DNA from: Balanoglossus misakiensis
Lineage: Eukaryota; Animalia; Hemichordata
Direction: 5' to 3'
Assembly (NCBI GenBank): GCA_040954595.2
Contig: CM082594.2
Location: 9,738,296 to 9,802,295, forward strand
DNA: 64,000 bases
Positions 38,501-53,100 of this stretch are shown piece after piece (the first letter of the stretch is position 1; each line of letters begins with the position of its first letter). A program made the position numbers and the translations under genes. The notes below the pieces were generated by a model. It did no database searches. It worked only from the letters and a program-made list of their open reading frames with translations, and had not been told where the DNA came from.

Positions 38501-40820
38501 CAAAGTCGAAAAATTGCCATTTTTTGACGATTTCCTGAGCTATAACCCATGGTTTTTGTCAAAAATCGGCCAAATTTTGATTTTCCGCAAAGTCGAAAAA
38601 TTGCCATTTTTTGACGATTTCCTGAGCTATAACCCATGGTTTTTGTCAAAAATCGGCCAAATTTTGATTTTCCGCAAAGTCGAAAAATTGCCATTTTTTG
38701 ACGATTTCCTGAGCTATAACCCATGTGGTTTTTGTCAAAAATCGGCCAAATTTTGATTTTCCGCAAAGTCGAAAAATTGCCATTTTTTGACGATTTCCTG
38801 AGCTATAACCCATGGTTTTTGTCAAAAATCGGCCAAATTTTGATTTTCCGCAAAGTCGAAAAATTGCCATTTTTTGACGATTTCCTGAGCTATAACCCAT
38901 GGTTTTTGTCAAAAATCGGCCAAATTTTGATTTTCCGCAAAGTCGAAAAATTGCCATTTTTTGACGATTTCCTGAGCTATAACCCATGGTTTTTGTCAAA
39001 AATCGGCCAAATTTTGATTTTCCGCAAAGTCGAAAAATTGCCATTTTTTGACGATTTCCTGAGCTATAACCCATGGTTTTTGTCAAAAATCGGCCAAATT
39101 TTGATTTTCCGCAAAGTCGAAAAATTGCCATTTTTTGACGATTTCCTGAGCTATAACCCATGGTTTTTGTCAAAAATCGGCCAAATTTTGATTTTCCGCA
39201 AAGTCGAAAAATTGCCATTTTTGACGATTTCCTGAGCTATAACCCATGGTTTTTGTGAAAAATCGGCCAAATTTTGATTTTCCGCAAAGTCGAAAAATTG
39301 CCATTTTTGACGATTTCCTGAGCTATAACCCATGGTTTTTGTCAAAAATCGGCCAAATTTTGATTTTCCGCAAAGTCGAAAAATTGCCATTTTTTGACGA
39401 TTTCCTGAGCTATAACCCATGGTTTTTGTCAAAAATCGGCCAAATTTTGATTTTCCGCAAAGTCGAAAAATTGCCATTTTTTGACGATTTCCTGAGCTAT
39501 AACCCATGGTTTTTGTCAAAAATCGGCCAAATTTTGATTTTCCGCAAAGTCGAAAAATTGCCATTTTTTGACGATTTCCTGAGCTATAACCCATGGTTTT
39601 TGTCAAAAATCGGCCAAATTTTGATTTTCCGCAAAGTCGAAAAATTGCCATTTTTTGACGATTTCCTGAGCTATAACCCATGGTTTTTGTCAAAAATCGG
39701 CCAAATTTTGATTTTCCGCAAAGTCGAAAAATTGCCATTTTTTGACGATTTCCTGAGCTATAACCCATGGTTTTTGTCAAAAATCGGCCAAATTTTGATT
39801 TTCCGCAAAGTCGAAAAATTGCCATTTTTTGACGATTTCCTGAGCTATAACCCATGGTTTTTGTCAAAAATCGGCCAAATTTTGATTTTCCGCAAAGTCG
39901 AAAAATTGCCATTTTTTGACGATTTCCTGAGCTTTTGTCAAAAATCGGCCAAATTTTGATTTTCCGCAAAGTCGAAAAATTGTCATTTTTTGACGATTTC
40001 CTGAGCTATAACCCATGGTTTTTGTCAAAAATCGGCCAAATTTTGATTTTCCGCAAAGTCGAAAAATTGCCATTTTTTGACGATTTCCTGAGCTTTTGTC
40101 AAAAATCGGCCAAATTTTGATTTTCCGCAAAGTCGAAAAATTGTCATTTTTTGACGATTTCCTGAGCTATAACCCATGGTTTTTGTCAAAAATCGGCCAA
40201 ATTTTGATTTTCCGCAAAGTCGAAAAATTGTCATTTTTTGACGATTTCCTGAGCTATAACCCATGGTTTTTGTCAAAAATCGGCCAAATTTTGATTTTCC
40301 GCAAAGTCGAAAAATTGCCATTTTTTGACGATTTCCTGAGCTATAACCCATGGTTTTTGTCAAAAATCGGCCAAATTTTGATTTTCCGCAAAGTCGAAAA
40401 ATTGTCATTTTTTGACGATTTCCTGAGCTATAACCCATGGTTTTTGTCAAAAATCGGCCAAATTTTGATTTTCCGCAAAGTCGAAAAATTGTCATTTTTT
40501 GACGATTTCCTGAGCTATAACCCATGGTTTTTGTCAAAAATCGGCCAAATTTTGATTTTCCGCAAAGTCGAAAAATTGTCATTTTTTGACGATTTCCTGA
40601 GCTATAACCCATGGTTTTTGTCAAAAATCGGCCAAATTTTGATTTTCCGCAAAGTCGAAAAATTGTCATTTTTTGACGATTTCCTGAGCTATAACCCATG
40701 GTTTTTGTCAAAAATCGGCCAAATTTTGATTTTCCGCAAAGTCGAAAAATTGTCATTTTTTGATGATTTCCTGAGCTATAACCCATGGTTTTTTCAAAAA
40801 TCGGCCAAATTTTGAAATTT
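35537..40820. repeat. 87-bp tandem satellite array, ~60 copies
   Basis: Unit CCTGAGCTATAACCCATGGTTTTTGTCAAAAATCGGCCAAATTTTGATTTTCCGCAAAGTCGAAAAATTGCCATTTTTTGACGATTT, nearly identical in the centre. It explains the 29-aa periodic ORFs on both strands. Confidence 0.98.
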
Positions 40821-41107
40821 CTTACAATATTGTAAGACTGTTTAATAAAAAAGGCTATGGAATGCGATAACCATCTGAGTAGGCATCCACTTTAATATCA
40901 ATACAAGTCATCGTACAGTCACATAACATACGGCTTGCAAACAACTGAAATTTTCTCTAACTAATCTGAAGTATATATAATCTTTGTAACAAGCTAAAAT
41001 GTCTCAGATTACTCTGTAAACTATTCTGTTCTGCATTGTCCACGGAAACTGTAAGCACACTATACGTGAGTTGACAAGAGAAAGTCTACAATCTGTTGTT
41101 TTATTCC

Positions 41108-43814
<2,707 letters not shown>

Positions 43815-44022
43815 GGTACCTTATTCAGTTACTTGCTGTGTCAGAATTACCGACAATCTTCATTAATTACGCCAAAAACCAAGTCTTCCGGGTTGGTCGT
43901 GTGAACGTGTTCGCTGCTGACCTCTTTTGAACTCCGACCTTTGACACGATACTGAAGTCATGTGACTTCAGAAGGTGTCCCGATTTCATCTCTTCCGGTA
44001 TAAACAGTGGCTGGACCAAAAC
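43815..44022. promoter_or_regulatory. Compact bidirectional promoter TSTD2/IAH1
   Basis: Only 208 bp lie between the divergent ATGs. It contains two ETS cores CTTCCGG (43885, 43992) and a 20-bp near-perfect palindrome CTGAAGTCATGTGACTTCAG (43952-43971) containing the E-box GTCATGTGAC. Confidence 0.75.
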
Positions 44023-45418
44023 ATGTGGCCCCAGGTTATTCTGTTTGGAGATTCACTCACTCAGGTAAGTTACAATCACATGAATGCATTCTTAACAGAT
44101 AAATTCTTCAGTTTTTGAGTTCCGATCATTTTTTACGCTAACATTTTAGTCATTTGCATTGTTTTCTATGGTAATATTGGACCTCTATAGAGGGGGTGTG
44201 TCACCCGGTGAAAATAACATACATACCTGTATTTTATACACAGCGTTCATTTGGTGAAGGTCACTGGGGAGCTTCATTGGCGGATAAATTGCAAAGGTAG
44301 GCATAGTGGGTTGGAAATCTTTACATAGTTTGCTGCAGGTTCGTAGCCTCACCACTCCCCTTGACGATTTTGTTTTGGACGGGGAGTTTGCAATCAAAAT
44401 GTTACAGCTCAGTAATGTCCCTTTAATATTTCTGCAGGAAATGTGATGTACTGAGTCGAGGCTTTGGTGGATACAACTCATCATGGTGTTGTTTCATGCT
44501 GCCTCAGATTATCACCAAGGAGATGGCTGATAAAGTTGCCTTGGTTACAATATTTTTTGGAACCAATGATTCTGTCTCTGAAGGATTTCTCCAGCATGTC
44601 ACACTTGAAAAATTCAAACAAAATTTAAAGGTAGGAGAGCCACTAATTCTTCTTATGAGTCTTAAAACATGTTGAACACTCTTCTTAAATTACAACATGT
44701 CAAATTTGTGGTAGAAAGTAAATGATGACTTACATGAAGCTACCAATCCGTGGTTACATATACGTCTTCATTGTTCTCTGTAATTCACTCATTGGCACAG
44801 GAAATGATTCAGTATTTACATTCCATTGGTATCGGAAGTGAAAAGATAATTCTCATTTGCCCACCCATGGTGAATGAGCCGGCTTGGGATGATGAATGCA
44901 AGAGAAACTTGGGTGAGTAGTCTTCCCTGTTCATATAATATGTATAGAGTAATAGTGCGTTATGCTTGATATCACCACACTTTTGGTCATCAGTTTGTGA
45001 AAATCACGAGGCCGCTCTTCTCTGTTCGTTATTAGGGCATGCAAAGAACAAGACCAATGAACTAACAGAAGGATATGCTGTTGTGTGTTGTTCCATTGCC
45101 AAGGAATTTGGAATCTCAGTCGTGGATCTGTTCCATCTGATGAAAACACAACAGGTAATCATAATCCAGCTCAGGAAGTTCAATATCTGAATTAATAGAA
45201 ACACTAACTACAAATAATCTGTTGAATAATATTTTCCATTTCAGAATTGGGAACGATTTCTCCTACCAGATGGGATTCATCTGTCTGTGGAAGGCTCAAA
45301 ACTTTTGGAGGAACACGTCTCAGAAGTTGTCTTGCAGAAAACTGAACATTTGCCCATGAAGTTCCCCTTGTGGAGAGATGTGGATGGGATTAATCTGGAA
45401 AAATCACTTGTGGAATGA
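44023..45418 (+). CDS. IAH1: Isoamyl acetate-hydrolyzing esterase 1 homolog (SGNH/GDSL hydrolase), ~230 aa
   Basis: Exons 44023-44064, 44244-44296, 44438-44630, 44801-44912, 45036-45154 and 45245-45418 total 693 nt in phase. Motifs: WPQVILFGDSLTQ (nucleophile Ser), WGASLADKLQRKCDVLSRGFGGYNS, IFFGTNDS, DGIHLS, FPLWRDVD. The supplied ORF track largely misses this gene. Confidence 0.93.
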
Positions 45419-47170
45419 TGGTTGTACGGTTGCAGTGATACACACACTGCCATTTTTAATATCTATTAATTTTTTATTTCATCTTCACCATCCACAGTAC
45501 TGTTTTACAGTATGGCAGGCATACACATGGAAATCAAACTTAATACATCACAGACAATGGAACAAGACATTAAAAACATTTATAAGTGAAATTTCAAACC
45601 CCTTTTTACAAAAAATATAAAAAATGTGCATCACTTGGTTCCATAAATAGTCTTGATATAAACAAGAAAGAAATGTCTGAAAAATGAAAATTTCAGTTTA
45701 AAATTCAAATTCCTCAGCAGACAGCAGTTACCACCATTATAAGTCTACTGCATAAAAATTGACATGATTTGAGATGTGAAATCAAGCAATCCAATTAATT
45801 TATGAAACAAAACCAATTTTGACGAAAAAATAAAAGCAAATGGCAGTTCTATCACTTTGCGTGTAAATTTCCACTAAGTCTCTTCCAACATTGAAGCAAT
45901 ATATAAATCTTGAAATTTACTAACAATTTTCTATGCAACTTCTTGTTCACTACCGACATTTTGTGGAGAACAATTTCTCAAAAATGTTATAAAATGTAGG
46001 CCAGGACAAATTACTTCACAAGAACATCAAAACAAACACTAAACACACACATACATCTCTAAAACCAAGGAATGAATATTTGAAATGTCTAGTCATTTAA
46101 CATTCACTTTAAAACTGCTTCTTCTAAATTGCATTTGCATTTAAAAGACATATATTAGAATTTGTCTTTGAAGATAAAATGCACTTGCTACACCACACGG
46201 TGGTTTTATATTACATTATTTTGTTTTCAAACTTCGACAAGTCCTGTAAAACCACTGAACAGAACGTAAAATCTCAAAATCAATCATATGGAATGAAAAG
46301 TTGCCAGATATGTAAATTCTTTCTAAACTCAAGCAAAACACAACACACTCTTTGGTTTCTATGACTACCTTAAGGTGGCACTGCAATTTACTTCCACAAT
46401 TTAGTTTTTAACAGCACACACTATATAGCAGATCAAAGATAATTTGGGAATCCCAGCAAAACGTATAAAGCTAAGTATCTGAACGTCACGAAACTTGAAA
46501 TTGGATACAGTTAAATAAAAATACCTCATTATTGCTATTATGGCATTCTTGGAGGGAAAATCTTATAATAAATGTCAACATGAGCTTGAGACAAACCAAC
46601 CTATCAGAAAGTGTAAAATGGGGTCAAAATTGCTGTGTAAATGTGCAGTGCCACCTTAAAATTAATGGTAAAGGGCAAAAGTCTCTCTCATCCCATGGCA
46701 AAAAACATTATCAAAAGAGAGTGACTTCCCCTAATTTTGTACTTTTTTACATGTTCACAAACAGTATTAACTATACTTTGTGAAAATTTTTACAACATGA
46801 TTCTCCTTAAACTTTTTCTGGTTTATTTTTTTTTAGTTTAAATTTACAAGATACGGGGCAACAGGCATTGCATTTTAAAAAGAATTAGCCTTTAAATTCC
46901 TTATCAAAAGCACTGTACGAAAATAAACAGGAGCGAGTACTTATTTGCATTTTACGTTGCTAAAAATAAAAATCTGGCTATAAAAACGACCAATTTGGGG
47001 TCAATGATTAAATTTACGAAAGCTTTAACCACCATATATTTAGTTACCACTTTTAAGGCATACTTATTGGCAAGGATACTTATTTAGATTTGGCAAAATT
47101 TACAAGCTTCACTGAATGCTTTGCTGTACTCTTTTTTTTAAATAAAAAAAACATTTTAGGAATAGTGAGA

Positions 47171-50100
47171 TTACAGATCTATGTCTCCATTGTATTTTCT
47201 CTTAGCACTTGAATCCCAATACCTCTCTTTTTCTTGTTGTAATCTTCGTTTTGCTTTCTTCTTTCTCGATATTCGACTGTTGATAAAATATGGTTGAAAT
47301 GAAATACTGGTGTACAGGTCAGTCATTATCTTTGCGTAATTATGGTCAGAAATGTGTGAAATATGCAGGATTTTGAATTAACAGAATCACTGTATGAAGT
47401 CAGGATAAGAATGATTACCTACCATGCAACATAGATCGCTATGACTGCAAAAATGACAAACGCTGTTCCAGCGGCTACAGCACCATACACTAACATATCG
47501 GGGATATCTGGCAATCAACAAGAAATGGGAATGTTAAAACATTCATCAGTCAATCCATAAACACCATACTATACACACAAATAGTTAGAAAAAAGCCCAA
47601 AGTTGCAGTCACTGCATGGAGCTAAAATATGTTGAAATACCTTGGGTGGATTTTTTAAGTTCTGAGCTGGCTGTATCTTCATCTTCATCACCATCATTAC
47701 TCTCCGTTGCATAGTTGTTGTCTCCACCATCCCCATCAGCATCACCATCATCATCATTACCACCTCCACCACCACCACCATCATCGTCACCACCATCTTC
47801 ATCATCTGTGTTCACTTCATTCTCTTCTGGTGCTTCCGTTAAGCAGACTTCTAGAAAACCAGTTACAACACTGAAACAGACAAATGGAAAATGAATTCAC
47901 AATACGGAGATGTACTTTGATATCCTCCTCGAAAACCCTTTCAGTTTTGTGTAAACATATATATACTAAGTGTTAGAAATGTTGATTTGTTTCTGACCTG
48001 TATGCTTCAATGAATCCCTGCTCACATGCACACACACCACTATCTGTACAATAAGAATTTGCAATTGTACACTTTGGATGACAAGTCCGTTCAGATGATG
48101 GTCGAATCCACTGCAGACAGCCTCCTGAAATCCGAACAATCAATTGAGCATTGAACAAAATCATGGATATATATTCATTTTTTTAAATATCAAAACTATA
48201 TGTTACATATCAGGAGGTGCATGGTAATATACTAGTATATGTACTGACCTGTGACATTGATGTTGTCTGACCTTTGACACCAGACATGCCGGAAACCATC
48301 GCTGTCCCAATCACTGACTTTCCATTCATATTGAACACAACTTCCTCCTAGACAAACATACGCACCATGGCAATGATTAAGGATGTGGAACTGCATATAT
48401 TATGGAGACACACTTTTCAACATTAATAGATCAACAATACCCTACAAAACATTCAGAAAACATACAATATATAGAGAGAGACACATCAGGACTTAATTCA
48501 GCAATAACTACAATACCTTGACAAGGTCTGCTTTCATAGATATCAGACTGGCACTCAGTATCTTTTAATGACACAGAAAGAATTCCTTGGGATCGCGTCT
48601 GAATTCCTTTCATTTCTTCTGAAAACGTTCAAAAATACATTGCCGCGATTAGAATAATAAATAACAGTATAACTTAAGTATCATCATCATCGTCGTCACC
48701 GTCATCATTATCATCATCATTCACTACAACAGAATGCACACAGTATACCGGTATACTTGCCTACAGCATGTCCATCAATACAGACTTGGTGACAGGGACT
48801 CCAATCTGACCAAACAGTCATCTGACAGTCTCCAGGACATGCTACTGTACATTCCTGTTCAATCTGAGAGGAAAGGAAACTTCGTCAGAACCCGGTCACA
48901 TCTTAATCTTACACACAAAGCAGGCACAAGAATGAAAGATTTAGGCTTTGCCTCTTGTAACGAAGTCAATTTGTCACTATACCTGCATCATTTCTAGACC
49001 TTCCTGCATCACATCTCTGTTGCTATGGTAATCCTCATTGCCAAAGCAATAACTGTGATCAACAACCACGCCATCATCTTGCCGACAGGTCATGTTACGT
49101 TTCCTGATTCCGCGTCCACAGTGGTTGTCCTGGCAACACAAAACAGCAGGTCATCATGAGAAATGGAATTAGCCAAACTTCCAGATCAACATTATACACA
49201 GTAAGGCTGCATTCACAAACACCTCTGGAGGGGGGGGCGGGAGAATTCAAATTTTTTTACCGCTAATTTTCACATGCCCCCCTTCCGAACTGCCAATATT
49301 TTCAAATCCCCCCCTTCCGAACTGCCAAAATTTTGAAATCCCCCCCCCCCCCATTTTCTTTCACTGAGCAAAACACATCACCTATCTATCTTGTAAAAAG
49401 AAAAACAGCGCTCCCATGAAAAGAATTTGAAACTGATGTTTTCCCTCATCAGTGGGTATTAAAACTGAACATTGTTTTTATTTTTTAAGTACATATATTT
49501 GTATTCTGTGTTGGGAGACATTGTAAACTGAGAATTGAAGGGGGTGGGTTTGGGAGGGGGTGTCCCCCTCCCACGTAAGAAAATTTTCTAAAATACAGAG
49601 CTCAAAGCTGCATTTTAATGAACCCGGCAAAAGCAAATTAACTCAACTACCGGTATGTTGGGGAGGACAAATTTAACCGTCGCTGCTCAAAGTTATCATG
49701 GGGTGGGGGCAAGTCCCCTGACCTGGGATACTAGATAAACCAGTCAATGATTGAAAGGTGTTGATGAATGGAGGGGGTGGGTGTGGGAGGGGGTGTCCCC
49801 CTCCCACATTAGAAAATTTTGTAAAATAAAGGGCGCGAAACTGCATTTTTGTGGACTCAAAATAAATATTTAGTCGTTAAAGTTTTCAAGTCCCCCCCTT
49901 TCAGTCCCTAAATTATTTCAAATCCCCCCCCTTACATACCCTCAATTTTTTCAAATCCCCCCCCTCAATTCTCCCGCCCCCCCCTCCAGAGGTGTTTGTG
50001 AATGCAGCCTAAGGCAACTGCCAAGGGTTCTGCCATCGAGCAGAAAATATAAATGAGTAAGAAAAATTAACTGCGTGACACTAACCTTGACTTGGCATGC

Positions 50101-53100
50101 AGTCCAATCTGAAATCACCCAATGATAACAGGGTAGCAACACACATGGTTGATACTCTATCACGTTTGTTGGGCAATGTCTTCCAAACTGATTTGCTTCA
50201 CGTACAACATGTCTTTTCCTCGAGGTCACTCCTGTGAAAAAAAGAGCACAGAGTCATCAACATTGCATTAACAAAGTAAAGCCCCAGTAACTCCAACTTT
50301 GGACTGTTTTCTCAGTGATGGCCGAATATGGACATCGTTCACAGACATGATCATGGCTGGACTCTTACCTTCATGACCACAGCTACGAGAGCACTCAGAC
50401 CACGGTGACCACTCGGACATCTGGCAATCCATCGGACAATCAATGTGACACAGTTCTTCAAGGAAACCAGGCTTGGAGTTCAATGCATACTGCAAATAAA
50501 TTCAGTGACAAATTTAAAGCTATTTCCCTCATTGTCATGTCTCTTGGGGAAATTTGCATACCCCAGTTTTTAAAGGAAATTAAATGCTCCGTATATACGC
50601 TTGGTGCTGTTGAAGTATACAGTAAAAACAAAACTTACCTGTTCACATTTGTCAAAGGGTACACTGCGACCATCACCTCGAATACAATCCAGGCCTCTGA
50701 ATTGGATTCCATCGCCACAGATAGCATTGTCATTTAGACGACACGTACTCCATTCTGTCAGATTCCAGTGATAATCAAAACAACTGATACCACTCAGACA
50801 AGGTTCACTGTTGTTTAAACTTGGACATATTCCATCTCCATTGGCTTTTGGCTGACGTACGACCGAGCGCTTTTGTTCACGAAATTCAGATGTATTACAT
50901 GGCTGTAGAAATTAAAAAAAATAATCCATGTATACTTTAATGTGGCAAAGAATGGAAAGGTTTGGAAGATCGTCAGTTTTCTATAAACAAAGTTTGGCCT
51001 TCAAGTGGTTATAACTCATCTGTAAATCAGTTAATTTCACCCAGAAATGGTAATCACAGATAGCCCAGTACAGAAATGTTCCACAAGCATTTAAGAGAAA
51101 TATTTGTGCAACTTAAACTACACTTACATGAGAACATACAGACCATGGATTCCAATCACTGACCACACAATCATCAGCACATGGCAGATGACAACTTCTT
51201 GCAGCAAATGGCTTTTCGACCTTATCACAGAAAGAGTCATCTACAATAATATCATCTTTGTCTGCTTGTCTCAAGACACAACTGCAAACACGCACAGAAA
51301 AGTAATGATGTTAGTATAATACCGCGTATTCATACAGACACCATAGTGTGGTGTATTATTCAATGTTCCCAATTGTTACACTACTAATCTATAACCCACC
51401 TGACAGTTTTCTGTTGCCAGCCTTGTCCACACATATCACCATCCATATCATAGAGCTCACACTGTTTCCAATGATGTGCAATCCACACATAATGACTGCA
51501 ATCACTGTAACAAGGTTCAATTTCCACTACCTGTCAATCAAACATCAATTACGAGTCAGATGACAAAATGCTACTGCAATATTGTTCTTCTTTTATCATA
51601 TTCTTCATTTTTCCTTCTTAATTTTGGACCAAGTAGATATACTTTTACATTGTAAATAGTTCTTTATCAAAATTAAACAAAAAATGCGGAAAAAGTTAAG
51701 ATATTTTATACCTTATTATTTTCATCAATATGAGGGCACTGTCTTCCCCCACCATGAGATCTTTCTTTCAAATACCGATCTCTGCTTCTCATTCCGGCAC
51801 CGCAGCCTTTGGAACATTCCGTCCATTCCGACCACGGACTCAGTTTGCAGTCTGATGGACATGCTATCTCACAATCTTCTTCAATCAGTTCTGAAATAAA
51901 TAAAATTTGTGCAGACTACATGTAGTTTGGAATGTATGTGTATAAGCATACATGAAACCCTGGTTTTTCACACTACAAGTGGAACTGTGAAATAAATCCT
52001 ACTCACCGATACTTTCACCTTCTTCATTTTGACCACAGAATGAATTGGAAACAATCTCTTTGTTGCCATCATTTATGCAAATGACTCTACTGTATCTCTT
52101 GCCTTCACCACAGTCTACGTTGAGCGCACCCTTCACACTCTCTCTACGATGTTTCTCCTTCTGGATTGGCAGAATACAGTCAGACCAGTTGCCTACAGGT
52201 AGTTGTATGTAAGTGGGACAGCTGCAACTCTCAGACTCTGAGGTCGGGTATCGTTTGTTGTTTTGACATTCCTCTTTTCGACGACTGGAGCCTAGAAAAC
52301 AAAAATATAACACGTCATATACCAATAATTAAGACTCCAACCCACAACCAGAGGGCCACCAGATCACCTAGCAAAGAGTAAGAGCAGTGGGGGTGTATAA
52401 ATACCAACTTGAAATTCAGTATTGAGGTGGTGGAGGTTGACAACTCAAATATCGTCAAAAAATAACAGACATATGACTCACCAATAAGTTTCCTTTTTCT
52501 TGTTTGTTGTCCATCACAGTCTGAAGTACATTTGCCAAATTTCGACCACTCGGACAGAACACACTCTTCGCCACAAGGAACTCTACATGACATTACTAAA
52601 TCTGGCATCTGGGTGGCATACTTCAAACACAGGTTGATTTCAACTATGACTCCATCATCTCTCATGCAAGACATCTCTGTGAAACCAATTCAAAACGAAT
52701 ACTTGCCAATGGGTTATTATGACAATAATGATTTTGTGATTTAACCACATCAAAAAATCCCTCCCCTTATATACTCAAGGGATTAACCTCACTGAACCTA
52801 CCTCTTACTTGTAAACCATCTCCACAGCTCTCTTCATCTGACCAATCACCAGTTCTCTCATCATGTGGCAGAACACACTGAGACCAATCTGACAGCTGCC
52901 AATCATAATTATGGCATGTAGGCAGGTTTTCGCATTCCCTGGATTCATATAATGTATCTGGACATTCTCTGCCTCTAAGTGTTGGATGTTCCAAAATGTA
53001 TCGTTTTCTACTTTGACTTGTTTCGATTTGCTCACCTGGATAAAGATACAATGAATTGATTGGCCCGCATGTTATTACCAGGCACGCTGGGTAAAAATCT

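Noticed and set aside
35531-40815. Long ORFs (up to 671 aa) on both strands with 29-aa periodicity
   Set aside because: They arise because the 87-bp unit is a multiple of 3 and one frame per strand lacks a stop. Frameshifting indels (~37500, 38725, 39218, 39304, 39932, 40093) are tolerated, and there is no splice or promoter context.
35537-40820. CRISPR-like array
   Set aside because: There are no unique spacers (units are contiguous and near-identical), no cas genes, and the context is eukaryotic.
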